Shown here: positions 39,940-48,806 of the stretch, one piece after another | How the letters are laid out: every line of letters starts with the position of its first letter | How positions within the stretch are numbered: position 1 is the stretch's first letter | Assembly: GCA_965249725.1 (NCBI GenBank) | Contig: OZ252251.1 | Coordinates: 96,001 to 160,000, forward strand | Direction of reading: 5' to 3' | Length of the DNA stretch: 64,000 bases | From: Longimicrobiales bacterium | Lineage (GTDB): Bacteria > Gemmatimonadota > Gemmatimonadetes > Longimicrobiales > Gaopeijiaceae | Notes under the pieces: model-generated | The model's database searches: none | The model's input: the letters and a program-made list of their open reading frames with translations, nothing else | Told to the model about the DNA's origin: nothing | Program-made: the position numbers and the translations under genes

Positions 39940-41334
39940 CTACCGGACCCGGGGGCCCTCCGTCTCCTGGCCGCCCTGGTGGAGCGTCAGGGCTGTGGCC
40001 TTGCCATCGTCGAGCTGGAAGACCACTCGAACCGCATCATCGAAGGTGGGCACGAAGAGGTCGTCTCCTTGGGCCCTGAGCCTGAACTCACTCTGCCCCG
40101 TCGCTCCGGCAAAGAGCTGGCCATCCCGCACGACGACAGTCAACTCGAACTCGGGCGCGAGTTGATAGACACCCTCGTAGGCGGCCAGCGCTTCGGCGGA
40201 GAGCGCTACGTCCACAACGGGTGGCACCTCGATTCCCAGCGCCCACTTCGCGATGACCTCGGCCATGCGTCCCGGATGTCCCCCTTCCGTGTTCGAGAGC
40301 ACCACCACATCCAGTTCCTCCTCCGGGTAGGTCGCCAACATGGTGTTGAACCCGTTGATCCCTCCCCCGTGGGACACACGGGCATGTTCGTTGAGCTCTC
40401 CGACGCCAAGCCCAAATCCATAGCCCGTCGCCGATCCGTCGCTGAGGGTCGCGGGCGTGGTCATCTGTCGATAGCTCTCGCCGGATACCACCTGTCCGGC
40501 CCTCAGGGCGGAAGCCCAGGAGAGCAGATCCGGAACGGTAGAACAAAGTGCGCCGGCCGCGCCGGGTTGGTTCATCGAGAGGTAGAGGTCGTTCATCAGC
40601 TCCCCATTCACCGCCTCATAGCCCTCGGCCCTGGCCGGAATGATCGGTCGCTCGTCGCAGTACGAAGAGCCCGTGAGACCGAGGGGCCCGAAGAGATGGG
40701 CATCGAGGTACTCCCGGTACGTCTCGCCACTCGCCCGCTCGATGATCATGCCCAGCAGATAGAAGCCCGAGTTGTTGTAGCGATACTGTTCGCTCGGCTC
40801 GAAATCGAAGGGCTCCTCCTGGAAGAGCGCCAGGAGCTCCTCGTCCGTCAGATCCAGGGTCATTTTGGGCCGCCACGCCTCGAGGCCCGTGTAGCTCTTG
40901 ATGCCTGACGTATGCGTGAGGAGGTGCCGGATCGTGATGTGACGCCCCTTCGTCGGATAGTCGAGCAGATAAGTGGTCATGGACTCGTCGAGGCTGATCT
41001 TGCCGTCTTCGACGAGCTGCACCACGGCCGCCGCCGTGAACTGCTTGGTGATGGACCCGATGCGGTAAACCGTTTCGGCAGTGGCCGGAGCCCCGAGCTC
41101 GATGTCCGCCTGCCCGTAGCCCTTCACCAGCAGCAGATCGCCACCGCGCTTGACGCCGATACTCACCGCCGCGACGGGGCCCTCGGCCAACGTCGCTTCG
41201 GCCAGCGAGTCGATCTTGCTCACCAAGTCGCCACCCCACAGGGCCTCCTGCCCGGCAGCGGGACGCGGAAGGAGTGGGCCGCCGACAGTGAGGGTCAGCA
41301 CGATTGCCAGGGTGATCGAGATGCGGCTTCTCAT
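39940..41334 (-). CDS. Serine hydrolase (beta-lactamase class C-like) with DUF3471-like C-terminus
   Basis: SITK, YNN, LLTHTSG, HGGGINGF; signal peptide. Confidence 0.9.
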   Translation of the reverse strand: MRSRISITLAIVLTLTVGGPLLPRPAAGQEALWGGDLVSKIDSLAEATLAEGPVAAVSIGVKRGGDLLLVKGYGQADIELGAPATAETVYRIGSITKQFTAAAVVQLVEDGKISLDESMTTYLLDYPTKGRHITIRHLLTHTSGIKSYTGLEAWRPKMTLDLTDEELLALFQEEPFDFEPSEQYRYNNSGFYLLGMIIERASGETYREYLDAHLFGPLGLTGSSYCDERPIIPARAEGYEAVNGELMNDLYLSMNQPGAAGALCSTVPDLLSWASALRAGQVVSGESYRQMTTPATLSDGSATGYGFGLGVGELNEHARVSHGGGINGFNTMLATYPEEELDVVVLSNTEGGHPGRMAEVIAKWALGIEVPPVVDVALSAEALAAYEGVYQLAPEFELTVVVRDGQLFAGATGQSEFRLRAQGDDLFVPTFDDAVRVVFQLDDGKATALTLHQGGQETEGPRVR

Positions 41335-41371
41335 GTTGTTTCTCCAGACCGCGTTTGACGACGGGTCGATT

Positions 41372-41782
41372 TCAGTTGGCCGAGCGATCAGGATCGCCCG
41401 GCGTGTCAACGGGCCAAGGCGGCATCCACATCAGTTTGCCGAATCCGAGGGCTTGAGCGGCGAAGATACCGGCGATAGGCCAACCCCACGTCCCTACGGC
41501 TCCGTCCATGAGAGCAGAGGTCAGGGAACCCGAGGTTATGACGCCGAATCCGAAGTTGGCGATCACGATAGGACGACCATAGATACCCCCGTAGATCGCC
41601 CCTCGGCCCATCCAGTTCAACGTCGCGATGGCAAAGAGCCCACCCGCGAGGAGTTGCACAGGGAGCTGGGCCGTCGAGTCCCAGTCGAGCGCACGTGCGA
41701 GTTCCTGAGGGAAGAAGAGGGTCGCTCCACCCAAGATGGCGAACACTCCCGCCGTCCCAATCATCATCACCCTCGTCGGCAT
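41372..41782 (-). CDS. Four-TM hypothetical membrane protein
   Basis: Hydrophobic helices; LNW, GGIYGRPIV.ANF. Confidence 0.7.
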   Translation of the reverse strand: MPTRVMMIGTAGVFAILGGATLFFPQELARALDWDSTAQLPVQLLAGGLFAIATLNWMGRGAIYGGIYGRPIVIANFGFGVITSGSLTSALMDGAVGTWGWPIAGIFAAQALGFGKLMWMPPWPVDTPGDPDRSAN

Positions 41783-41911
41783 CGGTCTCGGGGTTGGAGC
41801 ATTGCCGGTGGATCCGTCTACCAATTGCGCGTCCACAATCGCTGAGGGGACCGGTCGGGGGCAAGGAACGGGGTGGGCGGAAGTCACCTTCGTCCGAGTG
41901 GATAGACGACC

Positions 41912-42075
41912 TCAGACCTCCACTGCCCGGACGCAGGTGTGCTCGCGGGCGGTCCTGGCCAGTCGGCCATCAGCCGTATAGAGAGTCGCCCCTACCGCCT
42001 CCGCCAACGCTACGTAGATCGCATCGTACACGGTGAGGTTGTCGCGAAGTGAGAACGCCCGAGCCAGAACATATT
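41912..42075 (-). pseudogene. C-terminal fragment of a PIN/VapC toxin
   Basis: RAFSLRDNLTVYDAIYVALAE...LYTADGRLAR; N-terminal half absent. Confidence 0.75.
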
Positions 42076-42103
42076 GACGGATCCACCGACGCAAACCATA
42101 TTG

Positions 42104-42118
42104 GTTGTATCTTACAAC
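42104..42118. promoter_or_regulatory. Putative MarR operator 1
   Basis: GTTGTA-TCT-TACAAC inverted repeat upstream of marR. Confidence 0.65.
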
Positions 42119-42134
42119 TATCAGCGAGCACGCA

Positions 42135-42626
42135 ATGCCCACAACCATCACCGACAAGAGCATCGCCCGAGACGCGGCGGCTCTCTCGCAGGCCTTCTCC
42201 GAGCTCATCCGCCTGGTGCAGTTTCGCGACCGCGATCGGGCGTGCTGCTACGGGCTCACGGTGAGTCAGTGCTATGGACTCAAGGCGGTGTGTGAGACAG
42301 GACCGCTCAGCGTGAATGAACTCGCCGGCGCGCTCTACTTGGAGAAGAGTACGGCAAGTCGCCTCGCGAGCGGACTGGAGGCGGCAGGCCTGGCGGTTCG
42401 TTCCCCCGATCCGGAAGACCGACGTTCCATTCGCCTCGCCGCGACTCCGGCAGGCCGACGCGCCCACGCCGGCATCGAGGCCGATCTTCGGAGAGAGTAC
42501 GCCACCCTACTGGAGGACTTCGAGCCCGAGGTCCGGTCTGCGATGACCGAGCTGCTGGGCCGCTTGACTCGAGCAGTCGGTAGCCGAGTTGAGGCCGAGG
42601 GAGGCAGCTGCTGTGTGGTCCGCTGA
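42135..42626 (+). CDS. Cys-rich MarR-family regulator
   Basis: LSVNELA...LEKSTASR, DPEDRR; RACCYG, QCYG, C-terminal SCC. Confidence 0.88.
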   Translation: MPTTITDKSIARDAAALSQAFSELIRLVQFRDRDRACCYGLTVSQCYGLKAVCETGPLSVNELAGALYLEKSTASRLASGLEAAGLAVRSPDPEDRRSIRLAATPAGRRAHAGIEADLRREYATLLEDFEPEVRSAMTELLGRLTRAVGSRVEAEGGSCCVVR

Positions 42627-42668
42627 CCGCTCGAATCACGATCTCGACTTCCCTTTTTTTCGATCAAC

Positions 42669-42685
42669 AGTTGCATGTACCAACT
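42669..42685. promoter_or_regulatory. Putative MarR operator 2
   Basis: AGTTG-CATGTAC-CAACT, same GTTG-N7-CAAC geometry, just before the arsM SD. Confidence 0.6.
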
Positions 42686-42698
42686 AAAAGGAGTGACC

Positions 42699-43517
42699 AT
42701 GGAATACGACACCATCCGCGAAGCCGTTCGCGATCGATACGCCACAATTGCCGTCGACGGGAGTTCCTGTTGCGGGCCCTCCTGCTGCTGTTCGGAGGAG
42801 GAGCCTTCCGTCTCGACGGCGGTGGGCTACGACGAGGGCCAGCTCAAGAGCGTCCCTGAGGGCGCCGACCTGGGCCTCGGCTCCGGGAACCCCGTAACAG
42901 CGGCGAATCTCCAGGAAGGCGAGACCGTGCTCGACCTCGGTTCCGGAGGCGGGATCGACTGCTTCCTGGCCGCCGAGCAAGTCGGTCCGACGGGGCAGGT
43001 CATCGGCGTCGACATGACGTCCGAGATGGTCGCCCGAGCGCGCGGGAACGCCAAGAAGGGCAGCTACCCCAACGTCGACTTCCGACTGGGAGAGATCGAG
43101 GCACTGCCGGTGGCCGACGCCACTGTCGACGTCATCATCTCGAACTGCGTCATCAACCTGTCACCCGAACGCGACCGGGTGCTCGGTGAGGCGCTGAGGG
43201 TTCTGAAGCCGGGCGGCCGGTTGGTGATCTCCGATCTGGTGTGTAGCGCGCCCGTCCCCCGAGCACTGCGCGAAGAAGCGGAGGCGGTCACGGCCTGCTT
43301 GCCGGTCGAGGAGCACGCGTATGTCGCGGACCTGGAGGCGGCGGGATTCAGGGACGCGCGCATTTCCAATGCACGGCCGTACCCGCGCGAGGCCATGTCC
43401 TCTGATCCCCTCGCTCAGAAACTCCTAGAGGAGCGTCCCGAAATCGCGGACTCCCTCGAGGACTTCGCGTCGTCCGTGCAGGGCGCGATCATCGAGGCGC
43501 GTAAGCCGCTCGCATAA
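42699..43517 (+). CDS. arsM: Arsenite methyltransferase
   Basis: SCCG, LGLGSGNP, LDLGSGGGID, GVDMT, ISNCVINL; AAAGGAG SD. Confidence 0.9.
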   Translation: MEYDTIREAVRDRYATIAVDGSSCCGPSCCCSEEEPSVSTAVGYDEGQLKSVPEGADLGLGSGNPVTAANLQEGETVLDLGSGGGIDCFLAAEQVGPTGQVIGVDMTSEMVARARGNAKKGSYPNVDFRLGEIEALPVADATVDVIISNCVINLSPERDRVLGEALRVLKPGGRLVISDLVCSAPVPRALREEAEAVTACLPVEEHAYVADLEAAGFRDARISNARPYPREAMSSDPLAQKLLEERPEIADSLEDFASSVQGAIIEARKPLA

Positions 43518-43550
43518 GTAACATCGGCAAGGCTCGCCAGCGTTGCGGTG

Positions 43551-43580
43551 GGGCCCCGACTCGGATCCGGGTCGGGGCCC
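43551..43580. terminator. Hairpin between convergent genes
   Basis: GGGCCCCGAC...GTCGGGGCCC stem. Confidence 0.7.
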
Positions 43581-43598
43581 GCCGTATGCTGAGGATTC

Positions 43599-43961
43599 CT
43601 AGATCCACTCCGGCTCGGCTACGGTGCGTTCACCTGCCGCAGTACCGGTATTGACGGTGGACTTGGGCTCGAACATGAGGAGATGGGCCTCTTCGCGGGC
43701 CACCGGTCGGTGCTCGACTCCACGCGGCACGACCAGAATCTCACCGGGCCCCAACGTGATCGGGGGGTGGCCGCGGAGTTCCATCGACAACTCACCCTCG
43801 ATCACCATGAACAGTTCGTCTTCGTCATCATGGGCGTGCCAAACGAATTCGCCCTCGACCTTGGCGATCTTGACGTGCATGTCCTCGACCTGAGCCACGA
43901 TCTTGGGCGTCCACTGCTCACTGAAGAGCGCGAACTTCTCCAGCAGGTTTACCTTCTCCAT
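43599..43961 (-). CDS. Cupin domain protein
   Basis: GEFVWHAH..EDELF, VPRGVEHRP. Confidence 0.9.
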   Translation of the reverse strand: MEKVNLLEKFALFSEQWTPKIVAQVEDMHVKIAKVEGEFVWHAHDDEDELFMVIEGELSMELRGHPPITLGPGEILVVPRGVEHRPVAREEAHLLMFEPKSTVNTGTAAGERTVAEPEWI

Positions 43962-44007
43962 CTTCGGCCTCCCTTGTTCCGTGACCGCATGCGGCTCGTT
44001 GCGGGAT

Positions 44008-44829
44008 TCATCGGTCGTTCTCCTTCATACGAGCTTCTCCCGGGCGAGCTCCCAGGTCCGGAGACGCGCCGGACCCTGTCTCCAGGTCGGTAGAACCGAG
44101 ATAGCGAAGGAATACGATCGCCAACTCCGACGCCAATTCGTCATCCTCGATGCCGTCCTCCCGAGCTCCCCAGGTGAAGATGTATCGACTTCTGAGGGTG
44201 GCGAAGACCTGCAACGTGGCCAGGCGCACCGCCTGCTCCGGATCGGCATGGCCCAGCTCCTCCCGGCGCTCGAGCAGTAGCTCGATGAGATAGTCGGCCA
44301 CGAGATTGTCGAGTCCGGCCGTCCGTTCCAGCAGGAGAGGGTCGGGGTGCTCCATGGCATACGCCAGGAAGGCCCGGAGCAGCGAGCTGTGGGCCCGGCT
44401 CCAGAGTACCACAATGCGGGCGAACTGCGTGACGATCTCCCGAACGCCCGCAGCCGACCAGCGCCCGGGGGCCAACACCGCCTCCCAACCGTCTTGGGCA
44501 TCGTCCCAGAACCGTGTGGCCAAATACGCCAGAAGCGCGTCGCGGCTGTCGAAGCGCGCGTAGAACGTGCCGGCGCCGACGCCGGAGCGGGACAGGATCT
44601 GCTGAACCGTCGTCGCTTCTAGCCCCTCCTCGGCGATCAGGTCCGTTGCGGACGCCACCATCCGATCGAATGACGCGCGGCTCCTCGCTTGCTGTGGGAG
44701 ACGTACACCCAAGAGCAACGATCCTTGCGGCGTCTCACCTCCCAGTCCCGGGGGGACACCGCGCGGCGGTGACGGCAACGGTGACGGCAACGGTGGCCGC
44801 AACGGTGGCCGAAACGGTGGATGATTCAT
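44008..44829 (-). CDS. TetR/AcrR regulator (Pro-rich N-terminus; start uncertain)
   Basis: PQQARSR, TTVQQIL..SGVGAGTFYARF. Confidence 0.85.
   Translation of the reverse strand: MNHPPFRPPLRPPLPSPLPSPPRGVPPGLGGETPQGSLLLGVRLPQQARSRASFDRMVASATDLIAEEGLEATTVQQILSRSGVGAGTFYARFDSRDALLAYLATRFWDDAQDGWEAVLAPGRWSAAGVREIVTQFARIVVLWSRAHSSLLRAFLAYAMEHPDPLLLERTAGLDNLVADYLIELLLERREELGHADPEQAVRLATLQVFATLRSRYIFTWGAREDGIEDDELASELAIVFLRYLGSTDLETGSGASPDLGARPGEARMKENDR
44767..44820. repeat. 12-bp tandem repeat (CGGTGACGGCAA-like) x4.5
   Basis: Encodes PPFR/PPLR/PPLP/SPLP at the TetR N-terminus. Confidence 0.85.
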
Positions 44830-44867
44830 GACACAGGCACACCTGGGTCAGATCAATTCACAACATT

Positions 44868-44883
44868 AATTTGAATTCAAATT
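44868..44883. promoter_or_regulatory. Perfect 16-bp palindrome, putative TetR operator
   Basis: AATTTGAATTCAAATT in an AT-rich patch between the two tetR genes. Confidence 0.65.
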
Positions 44884-44919
44884 CAAAGAAATAGATCGGA
44901 CGTAGGAAATGCAAGGGTT

Positions 44920-45564
44920 TTATCCCCAGATATCGAAGAACTCGACATCCTCGTCGGAGGCCTGCACGGGGAGGTGCTCGCCCGTCAGATGCTGAATCAG
45001 GGCCGCGCACAGGTCGGCCATGACCTCCGGATCCAGGGAGAGGGCGCAGGCCTCCAGGCTCCGGCACGCGGTCTCGACGGCAAGGTCGGGCTCGGAGTGA
45101 GTGATCGCGCCGGTTCGGTCCAAGAGTAGGCGGCGGGAATCCCCCAGGATCTTGGTCTTGAATCGCACGGCGGCTTCCGAGGGACCCGCTCCGGGCCCGC
45201 GAACGGCCTGGGCGAGGGAATGGCGCGCCGCGCGGTGCATCAGCTCCAGCTCTCCATAGAGCTTGGCGAGGCCCGTGACAACGTCCGGAATGGCACGATC
45301 GCCCCAACCGTCGCCGATCGCCTCGTTCCAGCGCTCCTCGGCCTCCTCCCAGATGCGCTCGTCCAGATAGACGAGAAGATCGTCCTTTCCGTCGAATCGG
45401 GCATAGAAGGAGCCCACGGAGGAGCCGGCATGGTGGACGATGGCGTTGACGGTGGTGCCGTCCACTCCCTTGTCGGCGATCAACTCGAGGGCGGCCCGGG
45501 TAATGCGCTGAAGCGTCTGACGGCTCCGGCTCTGCTTGGGCTGTCGTAGGTGTGCGTCGCTCAT
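44920..45564 (-). CDS. TetR/AcrR regulator
   Basis: PKQSRSR, TTVNAIV..AGSSVGSFYARF.GK. Confidence 0.87.
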   Translation of the reverse strand: MSDAHLRQPKQSRSRQTLQRITRAALELIADKGVDGTTVNAIVHHAGSSVGSFYARFDGKDDLLVYLDERIWEEAEERWNEAIGDGWGDRAIPDVVTGLAKLYGELELMHRAARHSLAQAVRGPGAGPSEAAVRFKTKILGDSRRLLLDRTGAITHSEPDLAVETACRSLEACALSLDPEVMADLCAALIQHLTGEHLPVQASDEDVEFFDIWG

Positions 45565-45698
45565 CACCGGCTTCGTCAAAATAGTACGGTGATTCTAAAT
45601 ACGACGATAATGACCGGTTCGCAACAGAAATCGGTTGCCCGGAGGCTCGAAGCAAGGCACTATTCAAGGCAGAAGAACACCGAAGGAGGAGCGCTGAA

Positions 45699-45992
45699 AT
45701 GGCAACACAAGACCCTCTGCAAGAGATCCCCGGGGTGGGGCCCTCCATGAGCGCCTGCCTCCGGGGACTCGGAATCGAACAGATCTCCGATCTGGTCGGA
45801 TGTGATCCCGTTCAACTCTACGAGCGACAGTGCGTGATCGAGGGCGGATACGTAGACCGTTGTGTACTCTATTCCTTCCGCTGCGCGATCTACTACGCCA
45901 CCGAGGAGCGTCCCGACCCCACGTTGCTCGTCTGGTGGAACTGGAAGGACCGTACCGAGCTGGATGGAAAGGGAGCCGCCGGTCGTAGCTAG
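45699..45992 (+). CDS. Helix-hairpin-helix protein (Cdd1/pathogenicity-locus type)
   Basis: IPGVGPS, DP..LY, DRCVLYSFRCA, WWNWKD; GGAGG SD. Confidence 0.82.
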   Translation: MATQDPLQEIPGVGPSMSACLRGLGIEQISDLVGCDPVQLYERQCVIEGGYVDRCVLYSFRCAIYYATEERPDPTLLVWWNWKDRTELDGKGAAGRS

Positions 45993-46029
45993 GGATATCG
46001 CGTCCCTTTCGCACTCCAGGATCAGTCCA

Positions 46030-46671
46030 TTGCCGAAACCGAACGAGGGCATCGAGCGGGAGCTGGATCGACGGCAAGCCTTTCGGGTGGCCGCCGAGAC
46101 GCTCGGCGCGACGTTCCTGCCCGGCAAGCGGACCTCCCAGGACGAGGTCCACCTCAAGCACGGCCCCTGGCAGCTGACCCTCGACACCTACACCCAGAGC
46201 AACGGCCAGACTTCGGTTACCTACACTCGAGCGCGGGCCTTCTACGTTGCCAAGGAGGACTTCACATTCCGCGTCTCTCGAAGGAACATCTTCACCCGGA
46301 TCGTCGAGATGTTCGGCTTCTACGGCCTCCTCGTAGGAGACCAGGAGCTCGAACGGAAGTACACGATCAAGAGTTCGAGCGCTCCTCGGGGAAGATCTCT
46401 GCTAACGGATCGAAAGCTGCGTGAGCTGATCATGGTACAGCCGTCGCTAAGGCTCGAGATCCGTCGACTGTCCTGGGCCAAACGGAGGAAGAGAGGGGAG
46501 GGGGTCCGAACGGTGACGGTCCGGACGACAGGTGTGATCAAAGAACCGGAGCGGCTGGCCAACTACATGCGGTTGGTGGCCAATGCATTGGAGCAACTGG
46601 TGAGGATCGGCGCCGCGCACGAGCTACCCGCCGCCGAGGATCGGGTCTACGCTCTCCCTCGACACATCTAG
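46030..46671 (+). CDS. Hypothetical protein (start uncertain)
   Basis: W.LTLDTY, YTR.RA, GD.EL...Y.IK; typical codon usage. Confidence 0.65.
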   Translation: MPKPNEGIERELDRRQAFRVAAETLGATFLPGKRTSQDEVHLKHGPWQLTLDTYTQSNGQTSVTYTRARAFYVAKEDFTFRVSRRNIFTRIVEMFGFYGLLVGDQELERKYTIKSSSAPRGRSLLTDRKLRELIMVQPSLRLEIRRLSWAKRRKRGEGVRTVTVRTTGVIKEPERLANYMRLVANALEQLVRIGAAHELPAAEDRVYALPRHI

Positions 46672-46785
46672 GCCTCTGGGGGTAGCGGTGCCGGTCGCTC
46701 GCACCAAGCCGAGGGATCCGGAAGGCCTCGGTTGCGTACCAAGGGCGTTCAGAGATTCTCACCCAAGAAAAGAGCCCAAGCACCG

Positions 46786-48163
46786 ATGACTTCGACACGC
46801 TCAACTCTCACGGGACGCGCGGCACTGATCTTCGCGTTCACCGCGATGCTCCCCGCCGGATCCGCAAGCGCCCAGCAGCCCCTCGGTGCCTCCCCCGTGG
46901 TGGACGACCTCCCGGGCATGGGCCGCGCCGTCGACCTGGTGGAGACACGCGCCCGGAGAGAGGCGCTCGTCGCTCGTACCGGTGCGGGCGTGATCGCCAT
47001 TCCAGCGGGGCGGAGCCGCGACCTCGAGTTGGAGGTGCTGCAGGACAACAACTTCAGGCAGGACGACTACTTCTTCTACCTCACTGGCCTCGAGTCGCCC
47101 GACGCCTGGCTCGTCATGCCCGTTGAGCCGTCGGGTGCCGCCCAGAGCCATCTCTTTCTGCCCGACCGAGATCCGGCCACCGAACAGTGGACCGGCAAGA
47201 AGCTCGGTCCCGGGGATCGGGCCAAGGAACTGGCCGGCGTGCTTCACGTCCACTCCCTGAGTGATCTCGACGCCGAACTGCAGCGGATGCGCCGGGCCAC
47301 GCCGGGGCCGCTCTTCACCACACTCTATGCCGCGAACGCCGAAAACGAGCGGATCGAGGGCTGGGTCGAGTCGGCCGTCGGAATCGATCTGCGCAACGCG
47401 GTGCCGATCCTCGACAGCCTGCGCCTGATCAAAGACGAAGCGGAGCTACGAAGGCTGCGCAGTGCGATCGACATCACGAGCGAGGCGCAGCGCAGGGCCA
47501 TGCAGTCGATCACATCAGGCATGTACGAGTACGAGATCGAAGCTCTGATCGAGCACACGTTCCGGTCGAACGGGGCGGACCGCCTGGGCTTTCCGTCAAT
47601 CATCGGGAGTGGTCCCAACAGCACCACGCTCCACTACGACACCAACCGCCGACAGACCCAGCCCGGTGACCTCGTGGTACTCGACATCGGCGCGGAGTAC
47701 GGGCAGTACTCGGCCGACGTCACCAGAACCGTTCCAGTCGACGGGCGCTACACCGAGCGACAGCGTTCCATCTACGAGCTGGTCCTCGGGGCTCAGCAGG
47801 CGGCCATCGACGCCACACGCCCGGGCGTCACGATCGGTGAACTGTCTGCGCTCGCGCGAGAGTACTATCGATGCCCATAGCGGTGATCTGTGTGGTGGAC
47901 CGTCCTGCAACCGCTATTACATCCACGGCCTGTCTCACTGGCTCGGCATGAGGGTGCACGACGTCGGGGACTACACCGTTCCGCTGGCGGAGGGGATGGT
48001 CTTCACGATCGAGCCGGGGATCTACATCGAGGACGAGCAGATAGGCGTTCGCATCGAGGACGACATTCTCGTGACGGCCACGGGTGCGGAGGTGCTGTCG
48101 GCCGGTGCGCCTCGAGGCGTCGAGGAGATCGAGGCGCTGATGAGCAGGCCGCTGTTGCCTTGA
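46786..48163 (+). pseudogene. pepP: Secreted Xaa-Pro aminopeptidase, 1-bp insertion near 47866
   Basis: FRQ...F.YLTG, RLIKD..E, LHY, LDIG..Y.ADVTRT | [25 protein letters not shown]. Confidence 0.85.
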
Positions 48164-48211
48164 ACTCTGCCGGCCGACTGAAAGCCTGACCCCGAGACCG
48201 AGGATGATGCG

Positions 48212-48736
48212 ATGAGTGACCCCAGATACCCCATCGGACCGTTCCAACCAGCGGGGGCCCTGACCCCAGAGGAGAGGACGGCCCATCTGCTGCACATCGA
48301 GGAGGCGCCGGCCAGGCTACGGCTGGCCGTAGAGGGGCTGAACGACGCCCAGCTCGACACGCCCTACCGTGAGGGCGGGTGGACCGTCCGTCAGGTGGTG
48401 CATCACGTGGTGGACAGCCACATCAACGCCTACATGCGTCTGCGCTGGGCCCTCACCGAGGACGGACCCACGGTCAAGCCGTACGACGAGAAGGACTGGG
48501 CCCGACTTCCCGATGCACTATCGGCGCCGGTCGAGGTCTCACTTGACATTCTGGACTCACTGCACGGGCGATGGCTGTTACTGTGGCGGGCGATGGAGGC
48601 CTCGGACTTCTCGAGAACCTGGAAGGGGCCCGACTTCGACCACCTACCCGTGGACGAGCTGCTGAGGCTCTACTCCTGGCACGGACGTCACCACGTGGCG
48701 CACATCACTTCGCTGAGGGAGGGGATGGGTTGGTAG
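48212..48736 (+). CDS. bstA: YfiT/BstA bacillithiol transferase
   Basis: RYPIG, DTPYREGGWTVRQVVHH..DSH, WHGRHHVAHI. Confidence 0.88.
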   Translation: MSDPRYPIGPFQPAGALTPEERTAHLLHIEEAPARLRLAVEGLNDAQLDTPYREGGWTVRQVVHHVVDSHINAYMRLRWALTEDGPTVKPYDEKDWARLPDALSAPVEVSLDILDSLHGRWLLLWRAMEASDFSRTWKGPDFDHLPVDELLRLYSWHGRHHVAHITSLREGMGW

Positions 48737-48806
48737 GGGGGTCGCTCGTGGGGCTTTCGCGGAACACCGCCTCTTCCTCGATCGACTTGCCCCTTCCTGC
48801 GAGCTG

